Positions 1 through 10,148 are shown, counted from the stretch's first letter. The stretch is 64,000 nucleotides of DNA from Longimicrobiales bacterium (GCA_965204735.1 OZ242008.1:3456001-3520000), one strand, 5' to 3'. The notes: generated by a model not told the origin, from the letters alone. Made by a program: numbers and translations.

Positions 1-2827
1 TTATGTCATCGACGACCCTGCCGTCAAGCCGTCGCTTCATTCCTGACAAATCACAGGTACGTCTAATGTGTATGATGCTAACGACGACAGCTGCTATGCC
101 GGGCCACGGAACTCTTCGCAAGGCACGATAAATTGTGGCACCGTTCTTGCAGAGCCACCGCAGCCCACTTGTGCGTGTGTAACCCTGTGCAACAGTATTC
201 GTAGCCAACAGGCCCATGCACCCTTCTCTCCGCAACAAGCTATAGCTTCGACGGAAGAAGTGCGCCACAACATCGCACTTGCCGGCACTTCCCGGATGGA
301 GATACCGCAACCAAGCCGTGTAGTGCATGACATTGGATGCGACTACGGTAACGTGTCCGCCGAAGGGCGGGTTCCCGATGATTGCGTCGAATCCGGGGTT
401 GCTCCGGTCGAACGCTCCAGGGAATTCCACTTCCCAGTGAAACGGGGCCAAGGGCAGGTCGGCCTCTCGCTTCTCTTCCAGGTAGCTAGCGTATTCCCCT
501 GTCCTTCCATCGGCCACGGTGTCCGCAAAACGGCCTAGCGTCGCTTCGCGGGTCGCCGGCTTGTCGCCGTCGAAGTACGCAACGAGTATCAGATCCCCCA
601 TTCGGCGGACCGCGCTTGTCGCCGAGTCGGCATCGTCCAGCATGTCCCGTGACTGCCAGTCAGACGAATCCTCGCCGGCCTCTCGAATCTGACGGCGCAA
701 CTCTTTCGCCCGCGCCAGTTGCTCCTGGGCCTTCATCGCCTCCAGCCCCGGCTGGAACGTAGGCGCGTTTGCTTTCCAGTGGAACGAGGCAATCTGCTTG
801 TTGGTCAGCCCCACCAACGAGTCCCCGTGGCGCAGAGCGTGATCCAGGAATGTCAATGGCAGTTCCTTGGCAAGTGTGGCCAGCCACAACGACATCTTGG
901 CCAAGTCCACGGCAATGGGGTTGCGATCCACGCCGTACAGACAGCGACGGGCAACCTCTCGGCAAGCCGCGATCAGCTCATCGTCGCCTTCCAGCGGTTC
1001 GGAAGGGCTGCCGTGAGCATGCCAAGATTCCACGAGAACGGTGCCCAGTTGGCGACATGCTTCCACCAGAAAGGCGCCCGATCCCATGGCCGGGTCGCAC
1101 ACCTTCAAGTCCAGGACTTGGTCGGGCGTAGGCGGCTTGCTGGGGTCGGTACGCAAGCGGTCCAGCACCGGCTTCAGCGTGTCGCGGACGATCGGCTCGG
1201 TCAGCTCGCGTGGCGTGTAGTGGGAACCGGAACGGCGACGCTCCTCGTTAGGCTGTAGGACCATGGCACCCGACGCCACCAAGTCGGGCGTGGCGTCGGC
1301 GTCCACAACGGGGCCCAGGGCGGCGTGCAAGGCCTCGATGGTGTCCGCTTGGCGAACGGCCTTCGCCACCTTGTCGGCAAGCTTGCGGTCGGTGTGGTGG
1401 TGGACCCATTTGATGCGCTTCTCCGGCGGCTGCTCCAGTAGCGAGTCCAGGTCGATAGTGGCCGGAGCGCCGTGCGTCTTGGCGGCCTTGATCGCCACGG
1501 ACTGGCCCGTCGCCGCCTCCAGCCGGAATCCCATCATCGTCTCGTACACAGAGCCGATGTGTTCCACGTCCAGCGCCCGGTACGAGATGCGTTCGCCCTT
1601 GAGCACCAGAAGCTTCTCCAGCACCCGGTAGACGGTGCCGTCCGACACCAGGGGCGACTCAATGCGCTCGTGTATCTGGCGTCCGCCGGCCACCTGTGCA
1701 CCCCGGCCCTCCAGGAAGCGGTAGAGGTCGGGTTGAAAGAGGGTGCCGTGACGGGGCGGCAGAATCATGGCACCACTGCGGGCACCGTCGTGGACCATGC
1801 GGAACAGAAACAGCAACTGGGCGTAGGCACCGTAACGCTGGTCCATCGTGTCGGCGTGGAGGGCCGCGTCTTCCCGGAGGCGCTTGTGGAGCCCGGCCAG
1901 CGAGTACGCGCCGAGGAACACGTCGTCCTGGGGAAGCAGGTCCCGCTCCTCTGCATACAGCAGAAAGATCAGTCGCAATGTCAGCGTCAGCAGCCCGCGG
2001 TAGACGTCATCCGGACTGTCGCGCAGCGGCACTTCCAGTAGCCTACCTCCAGAGGCGTCGTGCGCGGCCTGGAAACCGCGAAGCAACTCGTACAGGGCGT
2101 GTAGCACCTGCTCCGACAGGTCCTTGCTGACCTCGTTCTGGAACTTGCGACTGTCGGCAATGAGCGCGGCCAACCGCTTGTCCTTGGGAACCGTCAGCAA
2201 GCGCGACTCGCCGAGGAGCAGACGCATCGCGGTACTGATGGGACGTCCGGCCGTCTCCACCATGTCAGCCACGCGGAAGTTGATCCACCCCGAACTCTCC
2301 CCTTTGGGCGCGGATACCAATCGCAGCGCTTTGCCGTTGAAGATCAGCCCTGCGGTAACTCCCGTGTGGCGCAACAGGCGTTCCATGGCCGCATGGGTGC
2401 GGTCCGCCCCTTCAGCCTGGTCGAAGCCGCGACTTGGCTGGCACGTGAGGACAAGCAGCTGCCATTCGGACTCGTCGCGTCCTGTCCGAACGGCGTAGTC
2501 CGGGCGCACGGTCTCGCCGTCGGGCATGGTAACGTCCATCTCCTCTGGAAGCGGCGATTCGGATGTCCCCGCGTAGCCCTTCGGCGAGAAGCTCCAGCCC
2601 AAGACAGCCCCAGCGAAATCGCGGAAGTCGGGAAGCGGAGGGGCGAAGCCGCCGTCGGAATCGTCGGTGTCAATGCACGCCCGCAGTCGCTCCTGGCCCT
2701 CCACGTCGCGACGGTTCAGAATCACGCCGGCACGCACCAGCGCCACAGGTGAAACGACGAGCCCCGTCGGCTTGACGAAACCGAGCCATTCCAGGTGCGC
2801 CGCGATCTGCGGGTCGGGCTTGGCCAC
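1..2827 (-). CDS. drmMI: DISARM-type N6-adenine DNA methyltransferase (Eco57I/type IIG-like); 3' end runs off the window
   Basis: Read by hand; absent from the ORF track, consistent with no stop inside the window. GTG at 2827 gives MAKPDPQIAAHLEWLGFVKPTGLVVSP. Motifs RRRSGSHYTP (~1240-1211), CDPAMGSGAF (~1099-1070) and IGNPPF (~379-362). Lies downstream of a drmD-like helicase. Confidence 0.85.
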   Translation of the reverse strand, partial: MAKPDPQIAAHLEWLGFVKPTGLVVSPVALVRAGVILNRRDVEGQERLRACIDTDDSDGGFAPPLPDFRDFAGAVLGWSFSPKGYAGTSESPLPEEMDVTMPDGETVRPDYAVRTGRDESEWQLLVLTCQPSRGFDQAEGADRTHAAMERLLRHTGVTAGLIFNGKALRLVSAPKGESSGWINFRVADMVETAGRPISTAMRLLLGESRLLTVPKDKRLAALIADSRKFQNEVSKDLSEQVLHALYELLRGFQAAHDASGGRLLEVPLRDSPDDVYRGLLTLTLRLIFLLYAEERDLLPQDDVFLGAYSLAGLHKRLREDAALHADTMDQRYGAYAQLLFLFRMVHDGARSGAMILPPRHGTLFQPDLYRFLEGRGAQVAGGRQIHERIESPLVSDGTVYRVLEKLLVLKGERISYRALDVEHIGSVYETMMGFRLEAATGQSVAIKAAKTHGAPATIDLDSLLEQPPEKRIKWVHHHTDRKLADKVAKAVRQADTIEALHAALGPVVDADATPDLVASGAMVLQPNEERRRSGSHYTPRELTEPIVRDTLKPVLDRLRTDPSKPPTPDQVLDLKVCDPAMGSGAFLVEACRQLGTVLVESWHAHGSPSEPLEGDDELIAACREVARRCLYGVDRNPIAVDLAKMSLWLATLAKELPLTFLDHALRHGDSLVGLTNKQIASFHWKANAPTFQPGLEAMKAQEQLARAKELRRQIREAGEDSSDWQSRDMLDDADSATSAVRRMGDLILVAYFDGDKPATREATLGRFADTVADGRTGEYASYLEEKREADLPLAPFHWEVEFPGAFDRSNPGFDAIIGNPPFGGHVTVVASNVMHYTAWLRYLHPGSAGKCDVVAHFFRRSYSLLRREGCMGLLATNTVAQGYTRTSGLRWLCKNGATIYRALRRVPWPGIAAVVVSIIHIRRTCDLSGMKRRLDGRVVDDI

Positions 2828-2841
2828 GTGGAACCCCGTTG

Positions 2842-3294
2842 CTAGTCCTGCGGCAGGTCGGGCAGGCGCTGCCAGACCCACTCTCCATTCGGGTCGCTTG
2901 AGACGGGAGCGAACCGGAACACGACTCCGTCCTTGCGCGTTCCGAACACGCCTCCGCCGGAGATCACCGTCTTTGATCCGCCAGCGGGCGTCTCCTCCGA
3001 GGTTGCGGTCTCGGTGCCGGGCCGGTCGTGGTCCACCAGGTAATACTTGCCTCGACGCTGGTTCTTGAAGCGCTTGGTTCCAGACACCTCTGCGGCGACG
3101 ACACGCTGGGTGACGAGCGTTCTGAGAATGCTGTAGACCCTTTCGTAGTGGTCGGCGTGCGTGACCGTTATGCGCTTGGTGTCCCTAGCCGGGAGACCTA
3201 GCAGACGGCAGGTGATGTCCTTGATCAAGGACGGTCCGCTGGCCTCGATGTCAGCGACGACCGCTTCCTTGGTGATGTCGGTTGGCAAGATCAT
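2842..3294 (-). CDS. Hypothetical protein, 150 aa, between drmD and drmMI
   Basis: Strong RBS (GGAGATAGGAGG) before the ATG; fills the gap between two operon genes (20 nt and 14 nt spacers). Confidence 0.7.
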   Translation of the reverse strand: MILPTDITKEAVVADIEASGPSLIKDITCRLLGLPARDTKRITVTHADHYERVYSILRTLVTQRVVAAEVSGTKRFKNQRRGKYYLVDHDRPGTETATSEETPAGGSKTVISGGGVFGTRKDGVVFRFAPVSSDPNGEWVWQRLPDLPQD

Positions 3295-3314
3295 GGGAAT
3301 CCTCCTATCTCCAG

Positions 3315-6300
3315 TCAGTTTTTATCGGGCCACAAGTATACAATGCCCACCGGCTCTATCCGGGTGGCTTGGACGTCGTAGAATGCGCCTACTCGCGCCG
3401 GTTCCCGCTCCAAGTCCCGGTCGAACCGCTCCAGGCGCTGCCGCCAGTGTCGCATGTGGGCCTCCCGCTGACGACGCTCCCTGGCGGACAGCTCAAGCTC
3501 CAGCTGGGCTTGGCTCTCGTGCTTGTCCAGCTCCCTCTTCACCCGGTCTCGCTGGTGCTCCAGAGTTTGGCGCAAGTCGCGGCTCTCGCGCTCACCGCGC
3601 TCGGCCAAGCGCTTCTTCGCATCCTTCGCAAGTTCCGCGGCCCGCTCCTCCAGCCGGGGCCTGAGGTCGGCCACATCCCGAGCGGCCGTTTGCAGCAGCC
3701 GACGCTGCACGCTCTCATTTGGTGTTCGCGGCCTACCGTTCGCCCCGGCGTCAGCCCCCAGGGCGTCGTCAAGCAGTTCGAGCGTGACCGACTCGGCAGT
3801 GCGCCCGTGGGCCGCAAGAGGCCGTCCTTTGCGTCGCGACGGCTCCAGCCAGCGAGCCGTTACCGGCACCAGCTCTTCGTGCAACCGCTCGGCGCGTTGC
3901 CCATAGAGCGACAAGCGGCCCAAGAGCGCCACGCGAGGAACCGAGTCCCGCGTTTGGGCTAGACACGCACGCGACAGGTCATGGAGCACGAAACCCTGGG
4001 CGCGAAAGCGAGCCAGTAGGCGTTGGGCCATGCGTTGCTCCAAGTGCAAGTGCACCACCTCGTCGGTCAGCACGCCCGAATCCTTGAACACGACGGGGCG
4101 GATCGGAGCGTCCCTTCGCCAGTCGGCCAGCTTCTGATCGATCTTTCTCGGTACGCGCAGCGAGTCCAGAGTGGTCGTCCACGTGGGGTCGGTCGCGGCT
4201 CGGCGCTCCAGGCGCGGGAAGACCCAGGCGGCGTTCCCACCGGCATCGGCGTTCGGGGCCAGCGGCGGAGCGCCCAACAGCTCCAGCGAGCACGACAAGG
4301 CGTCGCGGAACGGCGTCGCGTCGAAGCGAACCCACTTGCGCGAACGCTTCAGCAGCTCGTCGCACTGGGCGATTTGGACCCGAAGCGCGTCATGTCGGTC
4401 GCGGGCCTCCTCCAACTCCGCCTCGACCGCCCGCTTCTTGGCTTGGTCCAGGTCGGCGACTTCGATGGCTCGCCGCAGGTCGTCGGCGTCGGCGTGGCGG
4501 ATGCCCTGGCGCAGTCGCCGCTCCACCTCGTCGTCGATCACCTTGGACAGGCTGCCCAGCTCCTTCTTGATCGTTTCGGTCTTGCGCACCAGCACCTCCA
4601 GTACCCGGTCTTCCACCCTCTGGGGCAACACGAAGTAGTGGCAGTTGACCTCCGGCGCCGGCTGGAGCTTGCGATCGATGCGACCGTTGCGTTGTTCGAT
4701 GCGCCCCGGATTCCACGGCAGGTCGAAGTGGAAGAGGTCGGTGCAGTGGGCCTGGAAGTTGAGCCCCTCCCGTGCCGCGTCGGTGGCGATGAGGATTCGC
4801 AGAGGGTCGTTCGACGGGCGCGCATTGAACCGCCGCTGAACCGCCTTGCGCCTGGGACCTCGGGTCAGCCCGTCGATGACCTCGATGCGGTCCTCGGCTC
4901 GGTCGGTGTGCTCGATGGCGTGCTCCAGCGCTTGGCGGAGGTAGTACTTGGTGCCCGCCCGATTCTCGGTGAAGATCAGCACGCGACGTTCGTTCCAGCG
5001 GGGCTTGCGTGCTCCCGAAGGGGGCGGACGGCCGAAGGGGGGCAGGTCCGGGCACTGATTGCGACGTATCCAGTCGATCAGACGGCGGGTCTTTGCATCC
5101 GGAAGGTGGCGAGTCTCTTCGGCAATCTCCCGCATGCGGTCCAGCAGGCGCTGCTCATTGGCCCACTGGGCGGCGGCCGCGTCGTCGGGTGTCGACGGGC
5201 CTTTGGTCGCCGACGCATCCGCTGTTCCCCCGGCCTTGGTCAGAGATTCGACCAAGCGGGCCTCTTCGTCGTCGGTCCGCTCGCTGGTCCATTCGTCGCG
5301 TGCGTGCTCGTCGTCGGCGCCCGGCGCGGTCAGGAAGAGGTCGGCAACCCGTTGGGAAGGCGGGGGGCTCGTCGATTCGCGGACGCCGGTCGTCGCAGAC
5401 GGTGCCTTCTTCCCCTCCGCCAGCTCTTGCTCCCAATGTCGCCGCACCGTCCTTCGGTGCACTTCAAGGGTGCGAGCGAACGCCTCGATCGACGACAGCA
5501 ACCGCTGCTGCAAGCCGACCACCAGCAAGCCGGCGGCTGCTCGTTGCTTGGCCGTAGCCCGGGCATGGCGCTCCTCGCGGGCGGTCCGGTACTCGTCCAG
5601 CAGCTGCGACAGCACGATCTCGGGAGCGTCCGCCGGCAGTCCGTCCACCTTGATGCGCACGATGTTGCGCTTCGGAAAGCCGCCCTGCACCAAGCGAACG
5701 TCTTCCTTGAGCCGGCGCACCATTACGTCCTCCAACACGCCCCTCCCCTGGATCTTGACGCCCCGCGTGAAGCGGTACGGGTCCAGCAGCTCCAGCAACG
5801 TCGAGAAGCTGTTGGAGTGGCCGTTGTGGGGCGTGGCCGAGAGGAACAACCGGTGCTCGAACCGTTCCGACAGGTCGCGCACGGCCCGAGTGAACTTGGT
5901 CTCGATGCCGTAGCGGCCCGCGGACGACGGGGCGGCGTGATGGGCCTCGTCCAAGATCAGAAGGCTACCCGGCAACAGAGGTCCCAGCCATTCGCGCATC
6001 GAATCGGCGTAGGCCGGCACCGAAAGCAGCCGGTGGGACACGAGAAAGCGGCTGTGCGTGCGCCACGGGTTGACGCCGAATCCCCGTCCCTGCCGCATCC
6101 TAGCCACGTAGGCCCTGTCCAGTATCTCGAACACAAGGCCGAACCGCTCCTCCATCTCCCCCTTCCACTGCTCCAGCACTGACGGAGGCGTCGCCACGAC
6201 AATTCGGTTCACCTTCTTGCGAAGCAGAAGCTCGCGAGCGATTAGGCCGGCCTCAACGGTCTTGCCCAGCCCAGTGTCGTCGGCAATGAAGAGGTTGACT

Positions 6301-6713
6301 CTCGGCAGCCGAAGCGCCTTCCGAAGCGGTTCCATCTGGTAGGGGTCCAGCGTGATGCCGGCTCGAAACGGTGCCTGAACCAGATTTGGGTCGGTCGCCG
6401 TCACGCAGTTCCACCGCAACGTGTGGAAAAACGCCGCAAAATGACGTGGGGCATCGAAGCCGTGCTGTCCGAGTTTGTCCCAGCCCCCGTCCCTCAGGAT
6501 TCGGCGGTCGAGTTCGTACTTCCAGTATACTTGCAGTTCCTGTCCCTGAGCGTCGTCGTCGGCGCAGGCCAAGTGTACTACTGGCGAGTCGCCGGGCTCC
6601 GCCGGATCCCCCACGGCTTCAACCAGCCAGCGGCGGGAGCGGAGTTGAACCAAGTCGCCGGGCTTGGGCGGACAGTCCGGCAACGGCTGGGGTTCGGAGC
6701 GAGACGACAACAC
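3315..6713 (-). CDS. drmD: DISARM SNF2-like helicase
   Basis: N-terminus PKPGDLVQLRSRRWLVE; LFIADDTGLGKT, ILDEAHH, LSATPHNG, TDAAREGLN and DLPWNPGRIEQRNGRIDR motifs; C-terminus EPVGIVYLWP. Start placed at GTG 6713 because the ORF-track start overlaps the upstream gene. Confidence 0.88.
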   Translation of the reverse strand: MLSSRSEPQPLPDCPPKPGDLVQLRSRRWLVEAVGDPAEPGDSPVVHLACADDDAQGQELQVYWKYELDRRILRDGGWDKLGQHGFDAPRHFAAFFHTLRWNCVTATDPNLVQAPFRAGITLDPYQMEPLRKALRLPRVNLFIADDTGLGKTVEAGLIARELLLRKKVNRIVVATPPSVLEQWKGEMEERFGLVFEILDRAYVARMRQGRGFGVNPWRTHSRFLVSHRLLSVPAYADSMREWLGPLLPGSLLILDEAHHAAPSSAGRYGIETKFTRAVRDLSERFEHRLFLSATPHNGHSNSFSTLLELLDPYRFTRGVKIQGRGVLEDVMVRRLKEDVRLVQGGFPKRNIVRIKVDGLPADAPEIVLSQLLDEYRTAREERHARATAKQRAAAGLLVVGLQQRLLSSIEAFARTLEVHRRTVRRHWEQELAEGKKAPSATTGVRESTSPPPSQRVADLFLTAPGADDEHARDEWTSERTDDEEARLVESLTKAGGTADASATKGPSTPDDAAAAQWANEQRLLDRMREIAEETRHLPDAKTRRLIDWIRRNQCPDLPPFGRPPPSGARKPRWNERRVLIFTENRAGTKYYLRQALEHAIEHTDRAEDRIEVIDGLTRGPRRKAVQRRFNARPSNDPLRILIATDAAREGLNFQAHCTDLFHFDLPWNPGRIEQRNGRIDRKLQPAPEVNCHYFVLPQRVEDRVLEVLVRKTETIKKELGSLSKVIDDEVERRLRQGIRHADADDLRRAIEVADLDQAKKRAVEAELEEARDRHDALRVQIAQCDELLKRSRKWVRFDATPFRDALSCSLELLGAPPLAPNADAGGNAAWVFPRLERRAATDPTWTTTLDSLRVPRKIDQKLADWRRDAPIRPVVFKDSGVLTDEVVHLHLEQRMAQRLLARFRAQGFVLHDLSRACLAQTRDSVPRVALLGRLSLYGQRAERLHEELVPVTARWLEPSRRKGRPLAAHGRTAESVTLELLDDALGADAGANGRPRTPNESVQRRLLQTAARDVADLRPRLEERAAELAKDAKKRLAERGERESRDLRQTLEHQRDRVKRELDKHESQAQLELELSARERRQREAHMRHWRQRLERFDRDLEREPARVGAFYDVQATRIEPVGIVYLWPDKN

Positions 6714-6798
6714 AGCTATTGACCGGCTACCTGAGACCCGCTGGCTCGGTATCCCAGCGCTTACGCCAAACACCACCGACCATGACAACCATACTACC

Positions 6799-9261
6799 CT
6801 ACCGTCCCGCCAACATACGGTGGCTGTACCGAATCCCAAGATCTGCACAGACGCCTTGCTCAATCTGCGCACTACTTCTGTGTGTATTCATGTAGTGTTG
6901 CACCCTGATCGACAATACGCTCCGAACAAAGGAATCGTCGTGACGCTTCAGTAGCTTCTTCAATTCTTGCCGCAGTTCAGACGTCAGCTTGTCAGCACTA
7001 TCTAGTGCACCAAAAAAACCGATTATGTCATAAGCAGGCGTGCGCTGCCGGCGAACCAGATCGCGGACTATTGATGTGATTTCCCTATGAGATGTTGCCT
7101 TCACCACAAGTTCCACGTTCGTCATTGTCCACAAGAACGAGGTGAACTGCAGAAGTCTCTTGATCCGGCGTTCAGACAGATCCGGGACCCGAGCGTGTAG
7201 GTACTGTGCAAGGTCCGAAATGTCTTCCTCACTCGTCAACAACACGTTTACCAGCCTCAGCCCACTGTCCGCTATGGATTCTGCTATGGTCGCAATCTGT
7301 TGCTTGTCCAGTCTACCATACCTTACTCTCAAGACCTGGCCAAGCAGTTCATTGTTCTTCAGTATCCGATAAATCGCCCGGTTGAGCGAGGATAAAGACC
7401 TTTCGTCAAGGTGTTCTTCCTCGCCTGTGTCACGGCTGTCGATCGCCTGTCGGTCGGCCCGCCTTTCGGCTTCGACCGAACGACCGGAAAGAATGTCAGA
7501 TGGCAATCTGCCGACAATATTTTGGAACCGCCTAGTTTCCTTTGGATCTAATCGGGCCGGTGGTATTTCATCTAGTGAACACATTGCCCGAAGCGTGATT
7601 TCATCAATAATCTTGTCATTTGTTGCATGATGTATAACAAAAAGCAACGTTAGATGATTCCCTGCCACATAGCTGTCTTGGCACATCTGTTCAATTATTC
7701 GATCATCTTCGTGAGTTGCCAAATATCTCCCAAGAAAAAAGTAATACATGTAAGGATGCTGAAATCTTCCATCGCTGGTCAAAATGCCGTATTCTGAATG
7801 AATCAATCTATGGTGAATGGAATCCGGCAGCACATATTTTTTTCTGTAGTCGGCTACGAACATATCAAACATTGATTGGGAAAACTCATCATGTTCAGCT
7901 TCGCTACAATAGATCGTATATGCTAATTGTTCCAAGAAATTTAGACATACATTTATGTCTTCATCGGCCTTGGAAATCCCCGCGTTCATCAATCTGGCCA
8001 TTATAAATATGTAATAGCAATGACCGTGTGATGTAACAGCCATATCACGAGGCATAAATGCCTCGAGTGTTTGGAGGATCGACAGCACATAGAATGGATA
8101 GCGCGGCAAGATTCTAGTGTTAATGACAGCATTGACTCGCCTTTCGACTTGGTCCACCGCACCGTCATCCACTGTACTGCTGCCCATCAAGGAAAGACGT
8201 TTGCGAATTAGTTCTTCTTGCAACACGCGCGTAAGTGGACGAAGCCGGAGAACAGAACATTTCGCTAGCCGGATATCGTCTCGATAATATGATACATATG
8301 TGTCGGTGCTAGCCAACACAATGACGGTGCTGACCTCTGCCAAAACTGCGGCTACAAATTCTATGGATGCCGGCTTGGAGGATAGATTGTCCAGCACGAC
8401 GATCCTGCTTTCTTGGCTTCGCCACACGCCGTAGTCACCATAAAATTGATCGTGGTAGGTCATAGCCAAGACACTGTTGACATTGCTGGATTTCTTGACC
8501 TCCTGCAAATCGACCAAGAGAGCCGGCTGTCCTTTGTTGATCAACGACAGAATGATGTGTCGGGCGAGTGCCGTCTTGCCACTCATGTCGTCGCCGTGCA
8601 CAAGAACATGTCCCAGTTGTAGAAGACTGTCTGCATCCCGGATGGCTCTTTCATCCAGCTCGTGGATTTCGCTCTTGCCCTGACTGTAGCGAGAGAGAGG
8701 CAAGAAGACGAAGAGATCATCTAGAGTACTTGGTTGTTGCGACACTACGACATCCGTACTCTGTAGTTGTGTCAGGAAGTCGGCTCTTGGCGCCAAATCT
8801 GTTCGCAACGTGTCGATAAGGGACTTGATTCCCTCGTACACTTGCCTCCACCCCACATCAGGGTCGCTAAATGCCACAATTGGCTTCCCGTCCTCAGGCA
8901 ATACCTTGATGTCGTCATCGGCAAGGAGGTCAATCCAGGGGCACTCGCCGACGATAACGGGAACACGAATCATTCGGTTGCGACCAGTTGCCAATGCTTG
9001 CGCCCTTCGCCACTCTTTCATGCATTCCTCTGATTCCAAGAAGTGATTGCTGAGCAAGAAAACGCCAATGTTTGCTCGTTGCAATGCTTGCTCTATGGCT
9101 GCTGAGATGCTATGGCCAGGAAGTATCTTGTTGTCAGACCACTGTTTCAAGACACCCTCCCTCTTCAGCAGAGCAAGTGCCGTCTCCATTGCGTCCCGGT
9201 ACTGAGCATCCTTATGGGAATAGCTATAGAACAGGCGGACGGAGAAAGAGGAAGTCGTCAT
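6799..9261 (-). CDS. TIR domain fused to a STAND-like P-loop NTPase, 820 aa; putative anti-phage protein
   Basis: TIR start LFYSYSHKD with SEECMKEW (putative catalytic Glu); Walker A GDDMSGKT; Walker B IVVLDN; post-NTPase RYPFY and FQHPYMYYFFLGRYLA segments. Visibly more AT-rich than the flanks. Confidence 0.85.
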   Translation of the reverse strand: MTTSSFSVRLFYSYSHKDAQYRDAMETALALLKREGVLKQWSDNKILPGHSISAAIEQALQRANIGVFLLSNHFLESEECMKEWRRAQALATGRNRMIRVPVIVGECPWIDLLADDDIKVLPEDGKPIVAFSDPDVGWRQVYEGIKSLIDTLRTDLAPRADFLTQLQSTDVVVSQQPSTLDDLFVFLPLSRYSQGKSEIHELDERAIRDADSLLQLGHVLVHGDDMSGKTALARHIILSLINKGQPALLVDLQEVKKSSNVNSVLAMTYHDQFYGDYGVWRSQESRIVVLDNLSSKPASIEFVAAVLAEVSTVIVLASTDTYVSYYRDDIRLAKCSVLRLRPLTRVLQEELIRKRLSLMGSSTVDDGAVDQVERRVNAVINTRILPRYPFYVLSILQTLEAFMPRDMAVTSHGHCYYIFIMARLMNAGISKADEDINVCLNFLEQLAYTIYCSEAEHDEFSQSMFDMFVADYRKKYVLPDSIHHRLIHSEYGILTSDGRFQHPYMYYFFLGRYLATHEDDRIIEQMCQDSYVAGNHLTLLFVIHHATNDKIIDEITLRAMCSLDEIPPARLDPKETRRFQNIVGRLPSDILSGRSVEAERRADRQAIDSRDTGEEEHLDERSLSSLNRAIYRILKNNELLGQVLRVRYGRLDKQQIATIAESIADSGLRLVNVLLTSEEDISDLAQYLHARVPDLSERRIKRLLQFTSFLWTMTNVELVVKATSHREITSIVRDLVRRQRTPAYDIIGFFGALDSADKLTSELRQELKKLLKRHDDSFVRSVLSIRVQHYMNTHRSSAQIEQGVCADLGIRYSHRMLAGR

Positions 9262-9650
9262 TGAACTGGTCTCCGTACTTGTGGGCTCTCTGCCGCAACC
9301 AGTCGCGAGGGCTTGGGCCGGTTAGGGCAATCGGATCCGTGAGGAAGGCCGGACAAGTTCGACTCCGAAGTGGAGGTCGATATGGCATCCGCCGTTCCTG
9401 CGTCCAGCGGAACAAGCTTCCAATGGGAACCCGCCTTCCGAGCTGCGGCCCGGGCCGGGGCGTGGTGGCGTGTTCGTGACCTCGACCAGCTAACGGCGCG
9501 AGTCCGCCTGGTGAAGGTCGCCGGGCCACATGGGGATTCGGGCAGTAGCGGGGCGTGCGGCAACAGCTTCTTTCGGAACCGGGAATCCGACGGGAATCGT
9601 ATAAGGTAAGACGAAGGGGGCGACTTGGCCAGAGAATGACTGTCTCGGCT

Positions 9651-9798
9651 CTTTAGACTACAGTAGAAATGGCCGAGGGCTGGCCAAGGTAGAAATGTCC
9701 TTATGGTGATCGTCGACAGTGGGCTCTCACTAGAGCGGAGGCCAAGCACCGGTCGGGGTCGGATCGGCGATGCCGGAAGCGCAGCTCGCCCGAAGAGG
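9651..9798. mobile_element. Degenerate remnant of an IS related to the element at 32514-34373
   Basis: AGTAGAAATGgccgagggctGGCCAAgGTAGAAATGTCC (9662-9700) has the same double-motif spacing as the IS end at 32525-32563; 9767-9793 is identical over 27 bp to transposase positions 33167-33193. Confidence 0.7.
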
Positions 9799-10148
9799 CC
9801 GGTCATTCTGGCCGGCAGCTTGCGCAGGCACTGCCACGCCGTGAAGTTCTGGACTCGATCCGGGTCAGCATCGCTCGAGGCTCGGGGTCGCGGTAGTCAT
9901 CAGGTCGGCTCCGGCCAAGTGTGGGACCACGCACGACCGGGCCGGGTAGGTGACGTAAGGTAAGGCTCGGCTCGCAGCTGGGCCAAGGCGATGGCTCGCC
10001 CCGCGTCGTCGAGCACCGGTTCTCCCGGCACCGGTCCCCCTTTGCCCGAGGGGCTTCCCATCTCAAGCTGATCGAGTTACGTTGTATTATCCAGCAGATT
10101 ATGGCAGAAATCGACCAATAACCCTCGATATCCAGACGTCACGGAGCC

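Noticed and set aside
4023..6182. Long alternative-frame or antisense ORFs (e.g. 4023-6182, 25776-27830, 28431-30899, 41974-44799, 51279-54638)
   Set aside because: They shadow well-supported genes, carry no recognisable motifs, and are expected at this GC content.
1..6713. Calling a complete DISARM system
   Set aside because: drmA, drmB and drmC are not in the window; they would lie beyond the left edge and cannot be confirmed.
6714..6872. N-terminal extension of DrmD given in the ORF track
   Set aside because: It overlaps the TIR-STAND 3' end, and the DrmD-like sequence begins only near 6713.
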